Positions 36,317 to 47,202 of a DNA stretch of 64,000 nt are shown piece after piece (the stretch's first letter is position 1; each line of letters starts with the position of its first letter). The notes under the pieces were generated by a model. That model made no database searches. It was given only the letters and a program-made list of their open reading frames with translations, and was not told the DNA's origin. The translations under genes were made by a program, and so were the position numbers. Source of the DNA: Corallococcus sp. RDP092CA (lineage in GTDB: Bacteria > Myxococcota > Myxococcia > Myxococcales > Myxococcaceae); assembly GCF_041903675.1 (NCBI RefSeq), contig NZ_JAYESI010000001.1, forward strand, positions 160,643-224,642, given 5' to 3'.

Positions 36317-37186
36317 ATGTCCGCACCCATCCTCGACCTGCACTCGCTCCCGTCGATGCCCGCGACCCTGCTGCGCGCGGCCAATCCCTTCGGGAAGTCC
36401 CGGGGCGGCGCCGCGCTGCCGGCCCTGGCGCTGCGGGCGCACGGCTGCCGCGCGTCGCCCGTCCTGCTGGAGCGCTACCGCGCCGCCTGCGGCTTCGACG
36501 CCGACGGCTTCCTGCCGCTCCCGTACCCGCAGGTGCTGGCGACGCCGCTGCACCTGGAGCTGCTGGGGCTGCCCGACTTCCCGTACTCCGCGATGGGCAT
36601 CGTGCACGTGCGCAATCACATCCAGCAGCACCGCCGCGTGCCGGACACCACCGCGCTCACGGTCACCTGCCGCTTCGAGGCCCGGCGCGAAGTGCCCGTC
36701 GGCCACGAGTTCGACATCGAGACGCGCGTCGAGTCCCAGGAGACCGGCGAGCTGCTCTGGCAGGCCCTCAGCACCATGCTGCGCCGCCACGCCGCCCGGA
36801 GGGAGAAGGACGGCGCGCGCAAGGCCCCGCCGGAGGACCCGCGCTTCGCGTCCAGCCGTCCCGCTTCCTGGAGCATCCCCGCGGACACCGGGCGCCGCTA
36901 CGCCCAGGCGTCCGGCGACTTCAACCCCATCCACCTCACCGCCCTCACCGCGAAGCCCTTCGGCTTCCCGCGCGCCATCGCGCACGGCATGTGGACGCTC
37001 GCGCGCTGCGTGGCGGAGCTGGGCGAGGCGGCCCACGCGGACTTGCTCCACCTGGAGTGCGACTTCAAGAAGCCCCTCCTCCTGCCGTCGCGCGTGACGT
37101 TCCAGACGGCGCGCGAGTCCGCGGGCGTGGCGTTCCGGGTGCTGTCGGAGGAGGGGAAGCCGCACCTCGTGGGGCGGCTGGGCTGA
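36317..37186 (+). CDS. MaoC-like (R)-hydratase/dehydratase, double hotdog
   Basis: ASGDFNPIH MaoC motif in the C-terminal half. About 289 aa. Confidence 0.7.
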   Translation: MSAPILDLHSLPSMPATLLRAANPFGKSRGGAALPALALRAHGCRASPVLLERYRAACGFDADGFLPLPYPQVLATPLHLELLGLPDFPYSAMGIVHVRNHIQQHRRVPDTTALTVTCRFEARREVPVGHEFDIETRVESQETGELLWQALSTMLRRHAARREKDGARKAPPEDPRFASSRPASWSIPADTGRRYAQASGDFNPIHLTALTAKPFGFPRAIAHGMWTLARCVAELGEAAHADLLHLECDFKKPLLLPSRVTFQTARESAGVAFRVLSEEGKPHLVGRLG

Positions 37187-37235
37187 GGCGGGCGGGCGAC
37201 GCGCCGGCGGGCCGGAGAGGGGCCCGCCAGCCGCG

Positions 37236-37472
37236 TCAGTCACTCAGCTCCGGCAGGTCCGGCAGGCTGTCCGGATCCAACTTCATCAGGGCGCACAGCC
37301 GGCTCAGCGTGGGGATGGTGGGGACCATCACCCCTCGCTCGACGCGGGCCAGGACTTCCACGCCCAGTTCCAGATGCTCGGCGACTTCCTCCATGGAGAG
37401 CCCCGCCTGCTGCCGCGCTGCCTTCAGCGCGGCGCCAAGCGCTTCGGCCCGCTCTCTCCGACTCTGTGTCAT
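37236..37472 (-). CDS. XRE-family helix-turn-helix regulator
   Basis: LKAARQQAGLSMEEVAEHL is an HTH_XRE pattern. Start ambiguous (alternatives at 37520 or 37580). Confidence 0.55.
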   Translation of the reverse strand: MTQSRRERAEALGAALKAARQQAGLSMEEVAEHLELGVEVLARVERGVMVPTIPTLSRLCALMKLDPDSLPDLPELSD

Positions 37473-37792
37473 CCCCCGAGCATGGCGCCATCCGGCCCGC
37501 ACGTCACTTGAATCCCACATGCCCCCAGTGAGGACGGTGGCCCGGCCGGGAGGCGCCTCCCCGGGACGTGAAGTCCCCAACAGCCCTCATCCCCCGAGGC
37601 CCGGGCCTCCGCCACGTCTCCCGCCGCCCCCGCGCCCGCTCCTGGCGGACAGGGCCGGGTGGGGTGGCCACGCGTCCCGGGCGTGCGCACGCTGCTCCCA
37701 GGAGGGGCCTTGCGCATTGGCGCCGGGCAGGGGCTGTGTTACGCCGCCGCACCCTGCCGTTCATCTTTGGGACCCCAATCGAGGAGAAGTGA

Positions 37793-38200
37793 ATGACCCG
37801 TCGTCACGTGCGAGTCGTCGGCGCGATGCTCCAGAACGAGATGGGTCGCTACCTCATCACCCAGCGTCCTCCCACCGCGTCGCTGCCCCTGCTCTGGGAG
37901 TTCCCGGGCGGCCGGGTGGAGGAGGGGGAGCAGGACACGGCGGCGCTCGCCCGCGAGCTCCATGAGGAGATGGGCATCCACATCGAGGTGCTCGAGCGGG
38001 TCATGCACACCCGCCACGAGTACCCGACCTATGACATCGACTTCCGGGTGTTCCGCTGCCGCCTGAGCCACCCGGACGCGGAGATCCAGCACCTGCGCGT
38101 GCACGACCACCGCTGGGTCGCGCTGGAGGAGATGGGCCAGTACCGCTTCCCCGACGCGGACGCGAAGACGCTGGCCCGGCTGCTGGACCTGGACCACTGA
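37793..38200 (+). CDS. NUDIX hydrolase (MutT-like)
   Basis: Nudix box GGRVEEGEQDTAALARELHEEMGI. Confidence 0.8.
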   Translation: MTRRHVRVVGAMLQNEMGRYLITQRPPTASLPLLWEFPGGRVEEGEQDTAALARELHEEMGIHIEVLERVMHTRHEYPTYDIDFRVFRCRLSHPDAEIQHLRVHDHRWVALEEMGQYRFPDADAKTLARLLDLDH

Positions 38201-38202
38201 CC

Positions 38203-39141
38203 GTGCGGCCCTCCCTGCGCCTCCTCGCCGCCGCGGGCCTCCTGCTGTCCACCGCCTGCTCCGGCTCCCGCCCCACGCCCACGGGCTCCCAGGCTCCGGA
38301 CGCCGGCATGCCGCAGGTGCCCGCCACCGGCCTGGAGGGGTGCCTGCTCTACGCGGACGGTCGCCAGACGGGCACCGTGCCCCGCCAGGTGCCGGAGCTG
38401 TCCGGCCTGGCCGCCAGCCAGCGCCACCCGGGCATCTTCTGGGGCCACAACGACTCCAACAACGCCTTCGAGCTGTTCGCCCTGGACGAGACGGGCGCGG
38501 TGAAGGCCACGCTGACGCTCACCGGCGCGGACCCCCGCGACATCGAGGACGTCGCCGTGGGGCCCTGCGCGCCGGGCGACAAGGACAGCTGCGTCTTCCT
38601 CGCGGACACCGGCGACAACTTCGAGCGGCGCAAGGAGGTGCGCCTGTTCCGGCTGCCGGAGCCGGCGACCGTCGCCGACGCCACGCTCCCGGTGGAGGCG
38701 CTGCCCTTCACCTACGAGGACGGCGCCCACGACGCCGAGTCCCTGATCGTCGACGACCGCTCCGGGCAGGTGGGCATCCTCACCAAGACGCGCGCGTCGC
38801 TGGGGGACCTGTACGCCGTGGAGGGGCTGAAGCCCGGGGCCACCGGCAAGGCGCGCAAGCTGGGCACCCTGCGCGTGCCGGACGACGTGGACCGCCTGTC
38901 CACCGCCGCCGCCCTGCACCCGTCCGGCCAGCGCCTGCTGGTGCGCACGTACACCCGCGTGTGGGAGCTGCGCCGCCCGGACGCGAAGCGGCTGGAGGAC
39001 TTCGTCCAGGCCCAGGTGGTGGAGGTGCCGGGCGCCAGCCAGGCCCAGGCGGAGGCCGTGACGTACCTCCAGGATGGCCGCGGCTACCTGTTGGGCAGTG
39101 AGTTCGCGGGCGAGCCCCTGGTGCGCGTCGACTGCCGCTGA
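38203..39141 (+). CDS. Hypothetical lipoprotein
   Basis: GTG start 2 nt after the NUDIX stop. LLLSTAC lipobox. Confidence 0.45.
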   Translation: MRPSLRLLAAAGLLLSTACSGSRPTPTGSQAPDAGMPQVPATGLEGCLLYADGRQTGTVPRQVPELSGLAASQRHPGIFWGHNDSNNAFELFALDETGAVKATLTLTGADPRDIEDVAVGPCAPGDKDSCVFLADTGDNFERRKEVRLFRLPEPATVADATLPVEALPFTYEDGAHDAESLIVDDRSGQVGILTKTRASLGDLYAVEGLKPGATGKARKLGTLRVPDDVDRLSTAAALHPSGQRLLVRTYTRVWELRRPDAKRLEDFVQAQVVEVPGASQAQAEAVTYLQDGRGYLLGSEFAGEPLVRVDCR

Positions 39142-39281
39142 GCGGACAGTCCCGGCCGGTTTCGTCATCGTCCTGTCACGCCTTGCGGTTGACGGGTTGG
39201 CGGTGGTGACCATCTTTGGCCGGCTGAGGGAACCGTCACACGACATGGTGTCGGTGTGTACGGGGGAGGGGGAGGGCGAGC

Positions 39282-41336
39282 GTGCCGACGATGAAGCCAC
39301 AGGACCTGCCGCCGGGGATGGGCCCGCGCGGAAAGAAGAGCGACAAGCCAACGCCCACGAAAGGTGGGTTCAAGTTTGGCTCACCACTGGGCTACATCCT
39401 CCTGCTCGTCCTGGGGTTCCTGCTGTTCCGGAACGTGTTTCAGGACGCGGGCGTGCGCCGGGTGTCGTACAGCCAACTGCGCGACGCGGTGGAGAACAAC
39501 CAGTTCAGCCGCGTGCAGATCTCCAACGAGTGGGTGAAGGGCTACCTGAAGGACAACGCCCAGCCGCCCCCGGGCGAGCGCGGCACGCTGCGCAGCGAGC
39601 CCAGCGCCCTGCCGTGGATGGCCTACCGCGTCCCCGGTGACGAGGGCCTGGTGCCGCTGCTGGAGCAGAAGGGCATCCAGTTCGAGGCCGTCCCGCAGTC
39701 CAGCTTCAGCGAGGTGTTGTGGATCTGGCTCATCCCCATGGGCCTGCTCATCCTCTTCTGGAGCTTCATGATGCGCCGGATGTCCGGCGGCATGGGCCAG
39801 GGGCCGCAGAGCGTCATGTCCTTCGGCAAGACGCGCGCGAAGGTGCAGGCGGAGTCCGACACCGGCGTGGGCTTCAAGGACGTGGCCGGCGTGGACGAGG
39901 CCGTGGACGAGCTCCGGGAGATCGTCGAGTTCCTCAAGACGCCGGAGAAGTTCCGCCGCCTGGGCGGTCGCATCCCCAAGGGCGTGCTGCTGGTGGGGCC
40001 GCCGGGCACGGGCAAGACGCTGCTGGCGCGCGCCGTGGCCGGCGAGGCGGGCGTGCCCTTCTTCAACCTCTCCGGCTCGGAGTTCGTGGAGATGTTCGTG
40101 GGCGTCGGCGCGGCCCGCGTCCGCGACCTCTTCGCCCAGGCCACGGCCAAGGCGCCGTGCATCATCTTCATCGACGAGCTGGACGCCATCGGCAAGAGCC
40201 GCAACTCGGGCGTGGCCGGCGGCCACGACGAGCGCGAGCAGACGCTCAACCAGCTGCTGGCGGAGATGGACGGCTTCGACAGCCGCGCGGGCCTCATCAT
40301 CCTGGCGGCGACGAACCGCCCGGAGATCCTGGACAGCGCGCTGATGCGCCCGGGTCGCTTCGACCGGCAGGTGCTGGTGGACCGCCCGGACAAGCGCGGC
40401 CGCGAGCGCGTGCTCGAGATCCACGCCAAGGGCGTGAAGCTGGCGGCGGACGTGGACCTGAAGCAGATCGCCTCGCGCACGCCGGGCTTCGCCGGCGCGG
40501 ACCTGGCCAACGTGGTCAACGAGGCGGCGCTGCTCGCCGCGCGCAAGAACCGCGACGCGGTGATGCGGGCGGACTTCGACGAGGCCATCGAGCGCGTGGT
40601 GGCGGGCCTGGAGAAGAAGAACCGCCGCATGAACGAGCGCGAGAAGGAGATCGTCGCGCACCACGAGGCCGGCCACGCGGTGGTGGGCTGGATGCTGCCC
40701 TACGCGGAGCGGGTGACGAAGGTGTCCATCATCCCGCGCGGCCTGGCGGCCCTGGGCTACACCATGTCGCTGCCTCTGGAGGACCGCTACCTCATGTCCT
40801 TCGACGAGCTGCGCGACAAGATGGCCGGCATGATGGGCGGCCGCGCGGCGGAGGAGATCTTCATCGGCGAGGTGTCCACCGGCGCGTCCAACGACATCAA
40901 GCAGGCGACGGAGATCGCCAAGATGATGGTCCGCGACTACGGCATGAGCACGCTGGGGCCGGTGGCGCTGAGCGGGGAGCAGGGGCCGGGCTTCCTGCGG
41001 TCCGCGGGCCTGCCGGAGTCGCGCAGCTACTCCGAGCAGACGGCGCGGATGATCGACGAGGAGGTCCGAAAGATGGTCTCCGAGGCGCTGGACCGGGCCC
41101 GGGCGCTCCTCCACACCCACCGTGAAAAGGTGGAGGCCCTGGCGGCGCGGCTGCTGGCCACGGAGGTCATCGAGGAGGAGGCGATGATCACCATCCTGGG
41201 GCCCAAGGTGCAGGCGCAGCGCGGCCTGCTCCACCCGGAGGCGCGCACGGTCATCTCCGCCCACCCCGTGGGGGGGACGGAGACCGAGCCGCCGGTGCCG
41301 CCCACGCAGCACTCCGAGGGCAAGCTCGACTCGTAG
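39282..41336 (+). CDS. ftsH: ATP-dependent zinc metalloprotease FtsH, second paralog
   Basis: GPPGTGKT Walker A and HEAGHAVVG zinc site. Basic N-terminal tail and C-terminal extension. Confidence 0.9.
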   Translation: MPTMKPQDLPPGMGPRGKKSDKPTPTKGGFKFGSPLGYILLLVLGFLLFRNVFQDAGVRRVSYSQLRDAVENNQFSRVQISNEWVKGYLKDNAQPPPGERGTLRSEPSALPWMAYRVPGDEGLVPLLEQKGIQFEAVPQSSFSEVLWIWLIPMGLLILFWSFMMRRMSGGMGQGPQSVMSFGKTRAKVQAESDTGVGFKDVAGVDEAVDELREIVEFLKTPEKFRRLGGRIPKGVLLVGPPGTGKTLLARAVAGEAGVPFFNLSGSEFVEMFVGVGAARVRDLFAQATAKAPCIIFIDELDAIGKSRNSGVAGGHDEREQTLNQLLAEMDGFDSRAGLIILAATNRPEILDSALMRPGRFDRQVLVDRPDKRGRERVLEIHAKGVKLAADVDLKQIASRTPGFAGADLANVVNEAALLAARKNRDAVMRADFDEAIERVVAGLEKKNRRMNEREKEIVAHHEAGHAVVGWMLPYAERVTKVSIIPRGLAALGYTMSLPLEDRYLMSFDELRDKMAGMMGGRAAEEIFIGEVSTGASNDIKQATEIAKMMVRDYGMSTLGPVALSGEQGPGFLRSAGLPESRSYSEQTARMIDEEVRKMVSEALDRARALLHTHREKVEALAARLLATEVIEEEAMITILGPKVQAQRGLLHPEARTVISAHPVGGTETEPPVPPTQHSEGKLDS

Positions 41337-41420
41337 CGCGTGCCTGCCTGCCCTCCGGGCAGACCGTCGCCCACCGGATTCACCGTCAGCCTGCGGTGGC
41401 CGGTGGGCGAAATTACTTTC

Positions 41421-41690
41421 ATGCGACAAGGAGGCGTCGCCGTGGAGAACCGGATCGGAAAGAGCTACGTCGCGCGCAAAGCGTTGTTCGCCAAGGGCCT
41501 GAAGGACGGCCGGCTCACGGTGCAGGAGATCGAGGAGGCGCTGCCCGCGGGGACGCTGACGGCCGCCGAGCGGTGGCTCCTCTACTACTCCCTTCGCGCC
41601 GCCCAGGTGGAGATCATCGACGAGGTGACCGGGCAGGTGGACCACGGCTTCATGGCGGAGGCTCCGCCCGCGGCCCCGTCCAATCACTAG
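41421..41690 (+). CDS. Small hypothetical protein (sigma-70 region 1.1-like pattern)
   Basis: GRLTVQEIEEALPAGTL resembles RpoD region 1.1. Good RBS (AAGGAGG) before the in-frame GTG at 41443. Confidence 0.3.
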   Translation: MRQGGVAVENRIGKSYVARKALFAKGLKDGRLTVQEIEEALPAGTLTAAERWLLYYSLRAAQVEIIDEVTGQVDHGFMAEAPPAAPSNH

Positions 41691-41773
41691 GCGCGTTGAC
41701 AGACCCGCCCTCGCGGTTACGTTCGCGCCACTCACGCGGTTCGCTTCTTCCAACCCCTGGCGCAGGTTCGACA

Positions 41774-42364
41774 ATGGACGGCAATCCCCGCAGCGACGAA
41801 ACCCCGGACACGCAGCCCCCCGCCGACACGGAGGTGGAGGCCGCGAGCTCCGAAACGCAGCCCGAGTCCGCCCAGGACGGCGAGGTGGCGCGGCTCCAGG
41901 CGGAGCTGGAGGCGGCGCGCCGCCGGGTGAACGAGCTGGCGCGGGGCCTCCAGGACCTCACCAAGGACCGCGAGGAGTTCAAGCAGCGCATCTCCCGGGA
42001 GCGGGAGCGCATGCTCGACGTGGAGCGCGGCAACGTGGCCCGCACGCTGCTGGAGGCCATCGACGAGCTGGACCTGGTGTTGAACGCCAGCCCGCAGGAC
42101 ACGTCCCCGGTGGTGCAGGGCGTGCGGATGATCCGCGACAGCCTGCTGTCCAAGGCCCAGGCCACCGGGATCGAGCGCATCCAGGTGGTGGGGCACCCGT
42201 ATGATCCGAACGTGGCCGAGGCGGCGGACATGGAGGTGACGCCGGTGGAGGGCGACGACCAGAAGGTGGTCGCCGAGTTCCGCGCGGGCTACCGCCTGAA
42301 GGACCGCGTCATCCGCCCCGCCCGGGTGAAGGTGGCCCGGTACGTGGCCCCCGCCCAGGCCTGA
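41774..42364 (+). CDS. grpE: Nucleotide exchange factor GrpE
   Basis: Acidic N-terminus, coiled coil, C-terminal IRPARVKV beta domain. Confidence 0.85.
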   Translation: MDGNPRSDETPDTQPPADTEVEAASSETQPESAQDGEVARLQAELEAARRRVNELARGLQDLTKDREEFKQRISRERERMLDVERGNVARTLLEAIDELDLVLNASPQDTSPVVQGVRMIRDSLLSKAQATGIERIQVVGHPYDPNVAEAADMEVTPVEGDDQKVVAEFRAGYRLKDRVIRPARVKVARYVAPAQA

Positions 42365-42427
42365 GCTCACCCCCTCGCGCCCCCGCACGGGCGGGGGCGC
42401 GGACGGGGAAGGGCGGAGGCCGTCAGC

Positions 42428-43981
42428 GTGTTGGGCCCTGTCGCCATGGCCCGCCGTGTAAGCTGCCGCTCCGTGTCCGTCCGACTGCTCAGCGTCCTTC
42501 TCGTGGTGTCGCTCGCCCCGGTGGCGGGAGCCGCCGGGGATCCGCTCACGCCCTGGCTCCAGGCTCGCGTGCGCGAGCACCTGGCCTGGTTCGCCGCGCC
42601 TCCGCCCGCGACGACCGAGGCGCCGGCCACCGCGGGCGCGTCCTCGCTGTGGCGCGAGCGCCCCGCGGGCTACGCGGGCCTGCCCCGCTTCACGCCGCCC
42701 ACGTCCCTGGCGCCGCTGATCCGCGCGGTGGAGGCGAGCGTGGTGAACATCACCACGGTGGGGCCCGGCGCGGTGGCGGGCGCGGTGAAGCGCTCCACCG
42801 GCTCCGGCTTCGTGCTGACGCCGGACGGGCTCGTCGTCACCAACAACCACGTGGTGGCCAGCGCGCAGGGCCCGGCGGAGTCCGCCAGTGGCGCGGGCGT
42901 CACGCCGGGCAAGGACGGCCCCCGCGAGGTGCCAGTGCAGCAGGTGTCCGTGCGGCTGGCGGACGGCCGCGAGTTCCCCGCGGAGGTGGTGGGCCGGGAC
43001 GCGTCCACGGACGTGGCGCTCCTGCGGCTGAACGGCGCGGGGCTGGGGACGCTGCCGGCGGTGTTCCTGGGGGACTCGGACGCGCTGGAGGTGGGGGACT
43101 GGGTGGTGGCCATCGGCAACCCGTTCGGCCTGGACCACTCGGTGGCGCACGGGATGATCTCGGCCAAGGAGCGCGTGCTGGGCGTGGGCCAGTTCGACGA
43201 CTTCATCCAGACGGACGCGCTCATCAACCCCGGCAACTCCGGCGGCCCGCTCTTCAACATGAAGGGCGAGGTGATTGGCGTGAACACCGCCATCATCAGC
43301 GAGGGGCAGGGCATCGGCTTCGCGGTGCCCATCAACCTGGTGAAGGACCTGCTGCCCAACCTGCGGGAGAACGGCAAGCTGGAGCGCGGCTGGCTGGGCG
43401 TCGTCATCAACGAGGACGGCGCGGACACCACCGCCACGGCGCCGGTGGTGAAGGACGTCTACCGGGGCAGCCCCGCCGCCCAGGCGCACATCCGCCCCGG
43501 GGACCGGCTGGTGGCGGTGAACGGCCGGCCCATTGGCAGCTACCTCCAGCTGCTGCGCAAGGTGGCGCTCCTGGCCCCGGGCACGGAGGCGCGGCTGACG
43601 CTGCTGCGCGACGGCGGCACCCAGGAGGTGGCGGTGCGGCTCGTGGCCCGGCCCGCGCAGGAGGCCACCGAGGGGCTCACGAAGCGGGGCGGCAGCAGCG
43701 CGAACGACCTGGGGCTGGTGCTGCGGGACCTGACGCCGGAGGTGGCCGCGCCCCTGGGCTACGAGGCCTTCCTGGGGGCGCTCGTGTCCGGCGTGGTGCC
43801 GCGCAGCCCGGCGGAGCAGGCCGGACTGCGCGCGGGCGACGTCGTCACGGAGGTGAACCGCCGCCGGGTGAAGGACTCCGCCGCGGTGAAGGCCGCCCTG
43901 GAGCGGGGCAGCAGCGGGGCCAGCATCCTCCTGCGCGTCCAGCGGGGCGACGCGCTCCAGTACATCGCCATCGCCCGCTGA
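42428..43981 (+). CDS. htrA: Periplasmic serine endoprotease DegP/HtrA (Do family) with two PDZ
   Basis: His (TNNHVV), Asp and GNSGGPL catalytic motifs. Two PDZ-like C-terminal segments. Confidence 0.85.
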   Translation: MLGPVAMARRVSCRSVSVRLLSVLLVVSLAPVAGAAGDPLTPWLQARVREHLAWFAAPPPATTEAPATAGASSLWRERPAGYAGLPRFTPPTSLAPLIRAVEASVVNITTVGPGAVAGAVKRSTGSGFVLTPDGLVVTNNHVVASAQGPAESASGAGVTPGKDGPREVPVQQVSVRLADGREFPAEVVGRDASTDVALLRLNGAGLGTLPAVFLGDSDALEVGDWVVAIGNPFGLDHSVAHGMISAKERVLGVGQFDDFIQTDALINPGNSGGPLFNMKGEVIGVNTAIISEGQGIGFAVPINLVKDLLPNLRENGKLERGWLGVVINEDGADTTATAPVVKDVYRGSPAAQAHIRPGDRLVAVNGRPIGSYLQLLRKVALLAPGTEARLTLLRDGGTQEVAVRLVARPAQEATEGLTKRGGSSANDLGLVLRDLTPEVAAPLGYEAFLGALVSGVVPRSPAEQAGLRAGDVVTEVNRRRVKDSAAVKAALERGSSGASILLRVQRGDALQYIAIAR

Positions 43982-43993
43982 AGGACGGGCGCG

Positions 43994-44628
43994 CTACCTG
44001 CCGCCCGCGTCCTTGCCGTTGAGCCACAGCCCCAGCTGGTTGCCGGTGCGGCCCTCGGTGACGAGGATGGCCTCGATGCGGGCGTTGACGCCGTAGTTCT
44101 TCCCGCCGCCCTTCTTGGGCAGCGTCCACACCGACTGCGGCGTGAAGACGACCTGCGCGCGCACGCCCCGCGCCCGGAACATGCGGTCGAAGGTGCCGCC
44201 GTTCCACATGTCCGGCGCCGTGCCGCTCACCACCAGGTAGTTCATCACCGGGTTGCCCTGCGCGTCCGTCTTCTTGGGCGCGCCGTGGCACAGGCCGTAC
44301 TTCCCGCCCGCGAAGAAGGGCGTGATGTTGATGGTGTACTCGTTGGTGCCGGGGTTGAAGTCGCCGGGGGACAGCATGTTCGCGTCGTCCTCGGTGACGA
44401 TCATGTACAGGCGCTTGCCCGTGTACTTCTTGCGGAAGGCCTCCGCCTGCTGCTTGCACTGCGGATCCACCAGCGCCCCGTCACACTCGCCCACGTACTT
44501 CTCCAGGAAGGCCCCCAGCCCCCCCAGGGGCTCGGACTCGTCGCGGAGCTTCGCGAAGCGTGAGTCCACGTCGGCCAGGGCGAGCGTGGGCACGAGGAGG
44601 GCAAAGGCGGCGGCCAGGAAGCGATTCA
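43994..44628 (-). CDS. Secreted hypothetical protein
   Basis: GTG start after GGGAG. Signal peptide FLAAAFALLVPTLALA. Confidence 0.4.
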
Positions 44629-44748
44629 CGGAGAGGAACTCCCGGAAAAAAGGGGGAAGGACTGCCCGGCGATGGTGCCACTTCCGGCCGCGCCGGGGGC
44701 AGCGCTTTCCCGAGCCCGGAACATGGTGCGTCACGGTGCGCCAGGGTG

Positions 44749-44774
44749 GATGTAGGTGATTATTTGCCTACATC
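44749..44774. promoter_or_regulatory. AT-rich inverted repeat GATGTAGG-N10-CCTACATC upstream of the PilZ gene
   Basis: Perfect 8-bp arms with spacer tgattatttg, about 50 bp upstream of the ATG at 44826. Confidence 0.3.
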
Positions 44775-44825
44775 TGGCTACCGTGTAGTTTGCCCCTGTC
44801 CCCACCTGTTTCGGAGCCCTCCCCG

Positions 44826-45186
44826 AATGAACACGCAGCCCCAGGAACGCCGCTCCCATCTGCGCTTTGACAAGATTTTTACCGTTTACCTGTCCACGCA
44901 GGATGGGATGATGCGGGGAATCGGCCGCAACATCAGCGCGCGGGGCATGTTCATCGAGGTGCGCGACTCGCTCAGCCTGGGCGAGAAGCTGAAGGTGACG
45001 TTCGCGGGCGAGGACGGCACGGAGATGACGTGCCTGTGCGAGGTCCGCTACCAGGTGGCGCTGGCCTTCGGCCGCAAGGACGGGCGGCCCGGCAACAGCC
45101 GCGGGGTGGGGCTGCGCATCGTGGCCTACGAGACCCTGGACGACGCGCCGCTGCTCCTGGTGGACCGCGAGCGGGTGATGCACTGA
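44826..45186 (+). CDS. PilZ-domain protein
   Basis: RRSHLRF...DGMMRGIGRNISARGMF matches the c-di-GMP-binding PilZ motifs RxxxR and (D/N)xSxxG. Confidence 0.6.
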
Positions 45187-45270
45187 GACACCGCGGGGCA
45201 CGGCCCTTCCCCATGGAAGCGGGAAGACACCGTGCCCCGGGGGGCGAAGCGGGAAGCGGCCTTCAGCCGG

Positions 45271-46821
45271 CTACTGCGAGAAGCCCTCGAGGAGGTAGTG
45301 GGCCTCGATGCGCTTGAGCGCGAGGATCATCGCGGCGCAGCGGCTGTCCACCGTCTTCCCGATGCAGTACGGGCGGCTGTCGTGCATCTCCGTCTTGCGC
45401 GGCTGGTTGCGCGAGATGTCCCGGATGATGCGGTAGTTGCGCTTCATGGCGCGCTCGAGGCGCTGATCGACCTCCGCCTCGCTCCAGCGCTCCATGCGCT
45501 TGTTCTGGATCCACTCGTAGTAGGACACCGTCACGCCGCCGGCGTTGGCGATGATGTCCGGGATGAGCTCGATGTTGCGCTTCTGCAGGACGCGGTCGGC
45601 CTCCGGGGTGGTGGGGCCGTTGGCGCCCTCCGCGATGAGCTTGACCTTGAGGCGCTCCGCGATGTCCGCGGTGATCTCGCCCCCCAGGGCGGCGGGGACG
45701 AGGATGTCCGCCTGCACGTCCCAGAGGTCCTTCTTCTCGATGCGCTGGGCGCCGGGGAAGCCCACGACGGAGCGCTTGAGGTTCTTGGGGTCCGCCACGT
45801 AGGCGGCCAGCGCGTTCACGTCGATGCCGTCGCCGTTGAAGATGGAGCCGTCGGCGTCGTTCACGGCCAGCAGGCGCGCGCCCATGTTCGACAGGATGAG
45901 GGCGGCGTTGCTGCCCACGTTGCCGAAGCCCTGGAGGACGAAGGTCTTGCCCTTCACGCTCTCGCCGCGGTCGGCGTAGTAGTCCTCGATGCAGAACGCG
46001 ACGCCCTGGCCGGTGGCCTTGCCGCGGCCCTCGGAGCCGCCGATGCGCACGTCCTTGCCGGTGACGATGCCGCGCAGGTTGTGGCGCTCGCGCTCACCGT
46101 CGGAGAACTGGCGGTACAGCAGCGCCATGATCTCCGGGTTGGTGCCCACGTCCGGCGCCGGGATGTCGATGTTCGGCCCGATGAGGCTCTTGAGCCGGTA
46201 CATGAAGCGCAGGGTGATGGCCTCCAGCTCCTCGCGGCCGTACTCGCGCGGATCCAGCTGGATGCCGCCCTTGCCGCCGCCGAACGGGACCTCCGCGATG
46301 GCGGTCTTCCAGGTCATCTCCGCGGCGAGCGCCTTGAAGAGGTCCAGGGACACCTCGCGGTGGTAGCGCAGGCCGCCCTTGTAGGGGCCGCGGGCCTGGT
46401 TGTGCTGGACGCGGTAGGCCTTGAAGCGCTGCGACTCACCGGGGACCAGCTGGTACACCAGCCCGTCCGGCAGGCGCAGGTGGCCGTGGCGGATGGCGAC
46501 GTCGGAGCCCAGCAGGGCGCGGCCGTTCAGGATGAGGTTGCCGTTGGCCAGGCGCTCCAGGCCCTCGGGGTTGCGCACCTGGGTGACGGAGAGGTCGGCG
46601 AAGGACTTCGCCGCCTCGGCGGACAGCGGCACGAGCCGGTCCTTGAGCTTCGCGGTGACGTAGAAGATGTGCTCGTAGTCGGGCTCTTCGAGCTCCAGAC
46701 GCACCCGCTTGTCCAGGCCGATGAGATCCGCCGCGAAGTGGAAGATCTCCATCGCCTCCGTGTAGATGGTGCGCTTGGGCGTAGGGGCCGGGGCGCGCAT
46801 GAAAGTCTCTTCGCTGGCCAT
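45271..46821 (-). CDS. gdhA: NAD(P)-specific glutamate dehydrogenase
   Basis: KGGLRYH active-site Lys motif, GFGNVG dinucleotide fold. 516 aa. Confidence 0.85.
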   Translation of the reverse strand: MASEETFMRAPAPTPKRTIYTEAMEIFHFAADLIGLDKRVRLELEEPDYEHIFYVTAKLKDRLVPLSAEAAKSFADLSVTQVRNPEGLERLANGNLILNGRALLGSDVAIRHGHLRLPDGLVYQLVPGESQRFKAYRVQHNQARGPYKGGLRYHREVSLDLFKALAAEMTWKTAIAEVPFGGGKGGIQLDPREYGREELEAITLRFMYRLKSLIGPNIDIPAPDVGTNPEIMALLYRQFSDGERERHNLRGIVTGKDVRIGGSEGRGKATGQGVAFCIEDYYADRGESVKGKTFVLQGFGNVGSNAALILSNMGARLLAVNDADGSIFNGDGIDVNALAAYVADPKNLKRSVVGFPGAQRIEKKDLWDVQADILVPAALGGEITADIAERLKVKLIAEGANGPTTPEADRVLQKRNIELIPDIIANAGGVTVSYYEWIQNKRMERWSEAEVDQRLERAMKRNYRIIRDISRNQPRKTEMHDSRPYCIGKTVDSRCAAMILALKRIEAHYLLEGFSQ

Positions 46822-46926
46822 GATGAAACTCGCTCCTTGAGGGCCCACCTGGAATGGGGGCCACTGGGAAAGCGGCGCCCTTATGTGCACAGGCGCTCGG
46901 GGGATTCAACCCGTCTGGCGGAGGGG

Positions 46927-46952
46927 CATTTCTCCAAATTAATGGAGAAATG
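46927..46952. promoter_or_regulatory. Perfect 10-bp inverted repeat CATTTCTCCA-aattaa-TGGAGAAATG upstream of gdhA
   Basis: AT-rich palindrome about 105-130 bp upstream of the gdhA start, in a 70% GC context. Confidence 0.35.
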
Positions 46953-47119
46953 TCGCGGACTTAGCCAACGCGGTGTGTCACCGCGACGAATGCGCCGTGT
47001 CATGGATGTCAGGGCTTCTGGGGGGTAGAAGCGGGCGTGGAGGCGGGGGCTTGAAGATCCCCGGAGAAACTCCTTGCCGGGTCCGGATGCGGGTGGTACT
47101 TACGCGCCGCTTTCGGTGC

Positions 47120-47195
<76 letters not shown>

Positions 47196-47202
47196 AGAAG
47201 TC

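Noticed and set aside
41691-41773. CIRCE/HrcA operator upstream of grpE
   Set aside because: No TTAGCACTC-N9-GAGTGCTAA-like inverted repeat is present. Only a weak sigma-70-like TTGACA element.
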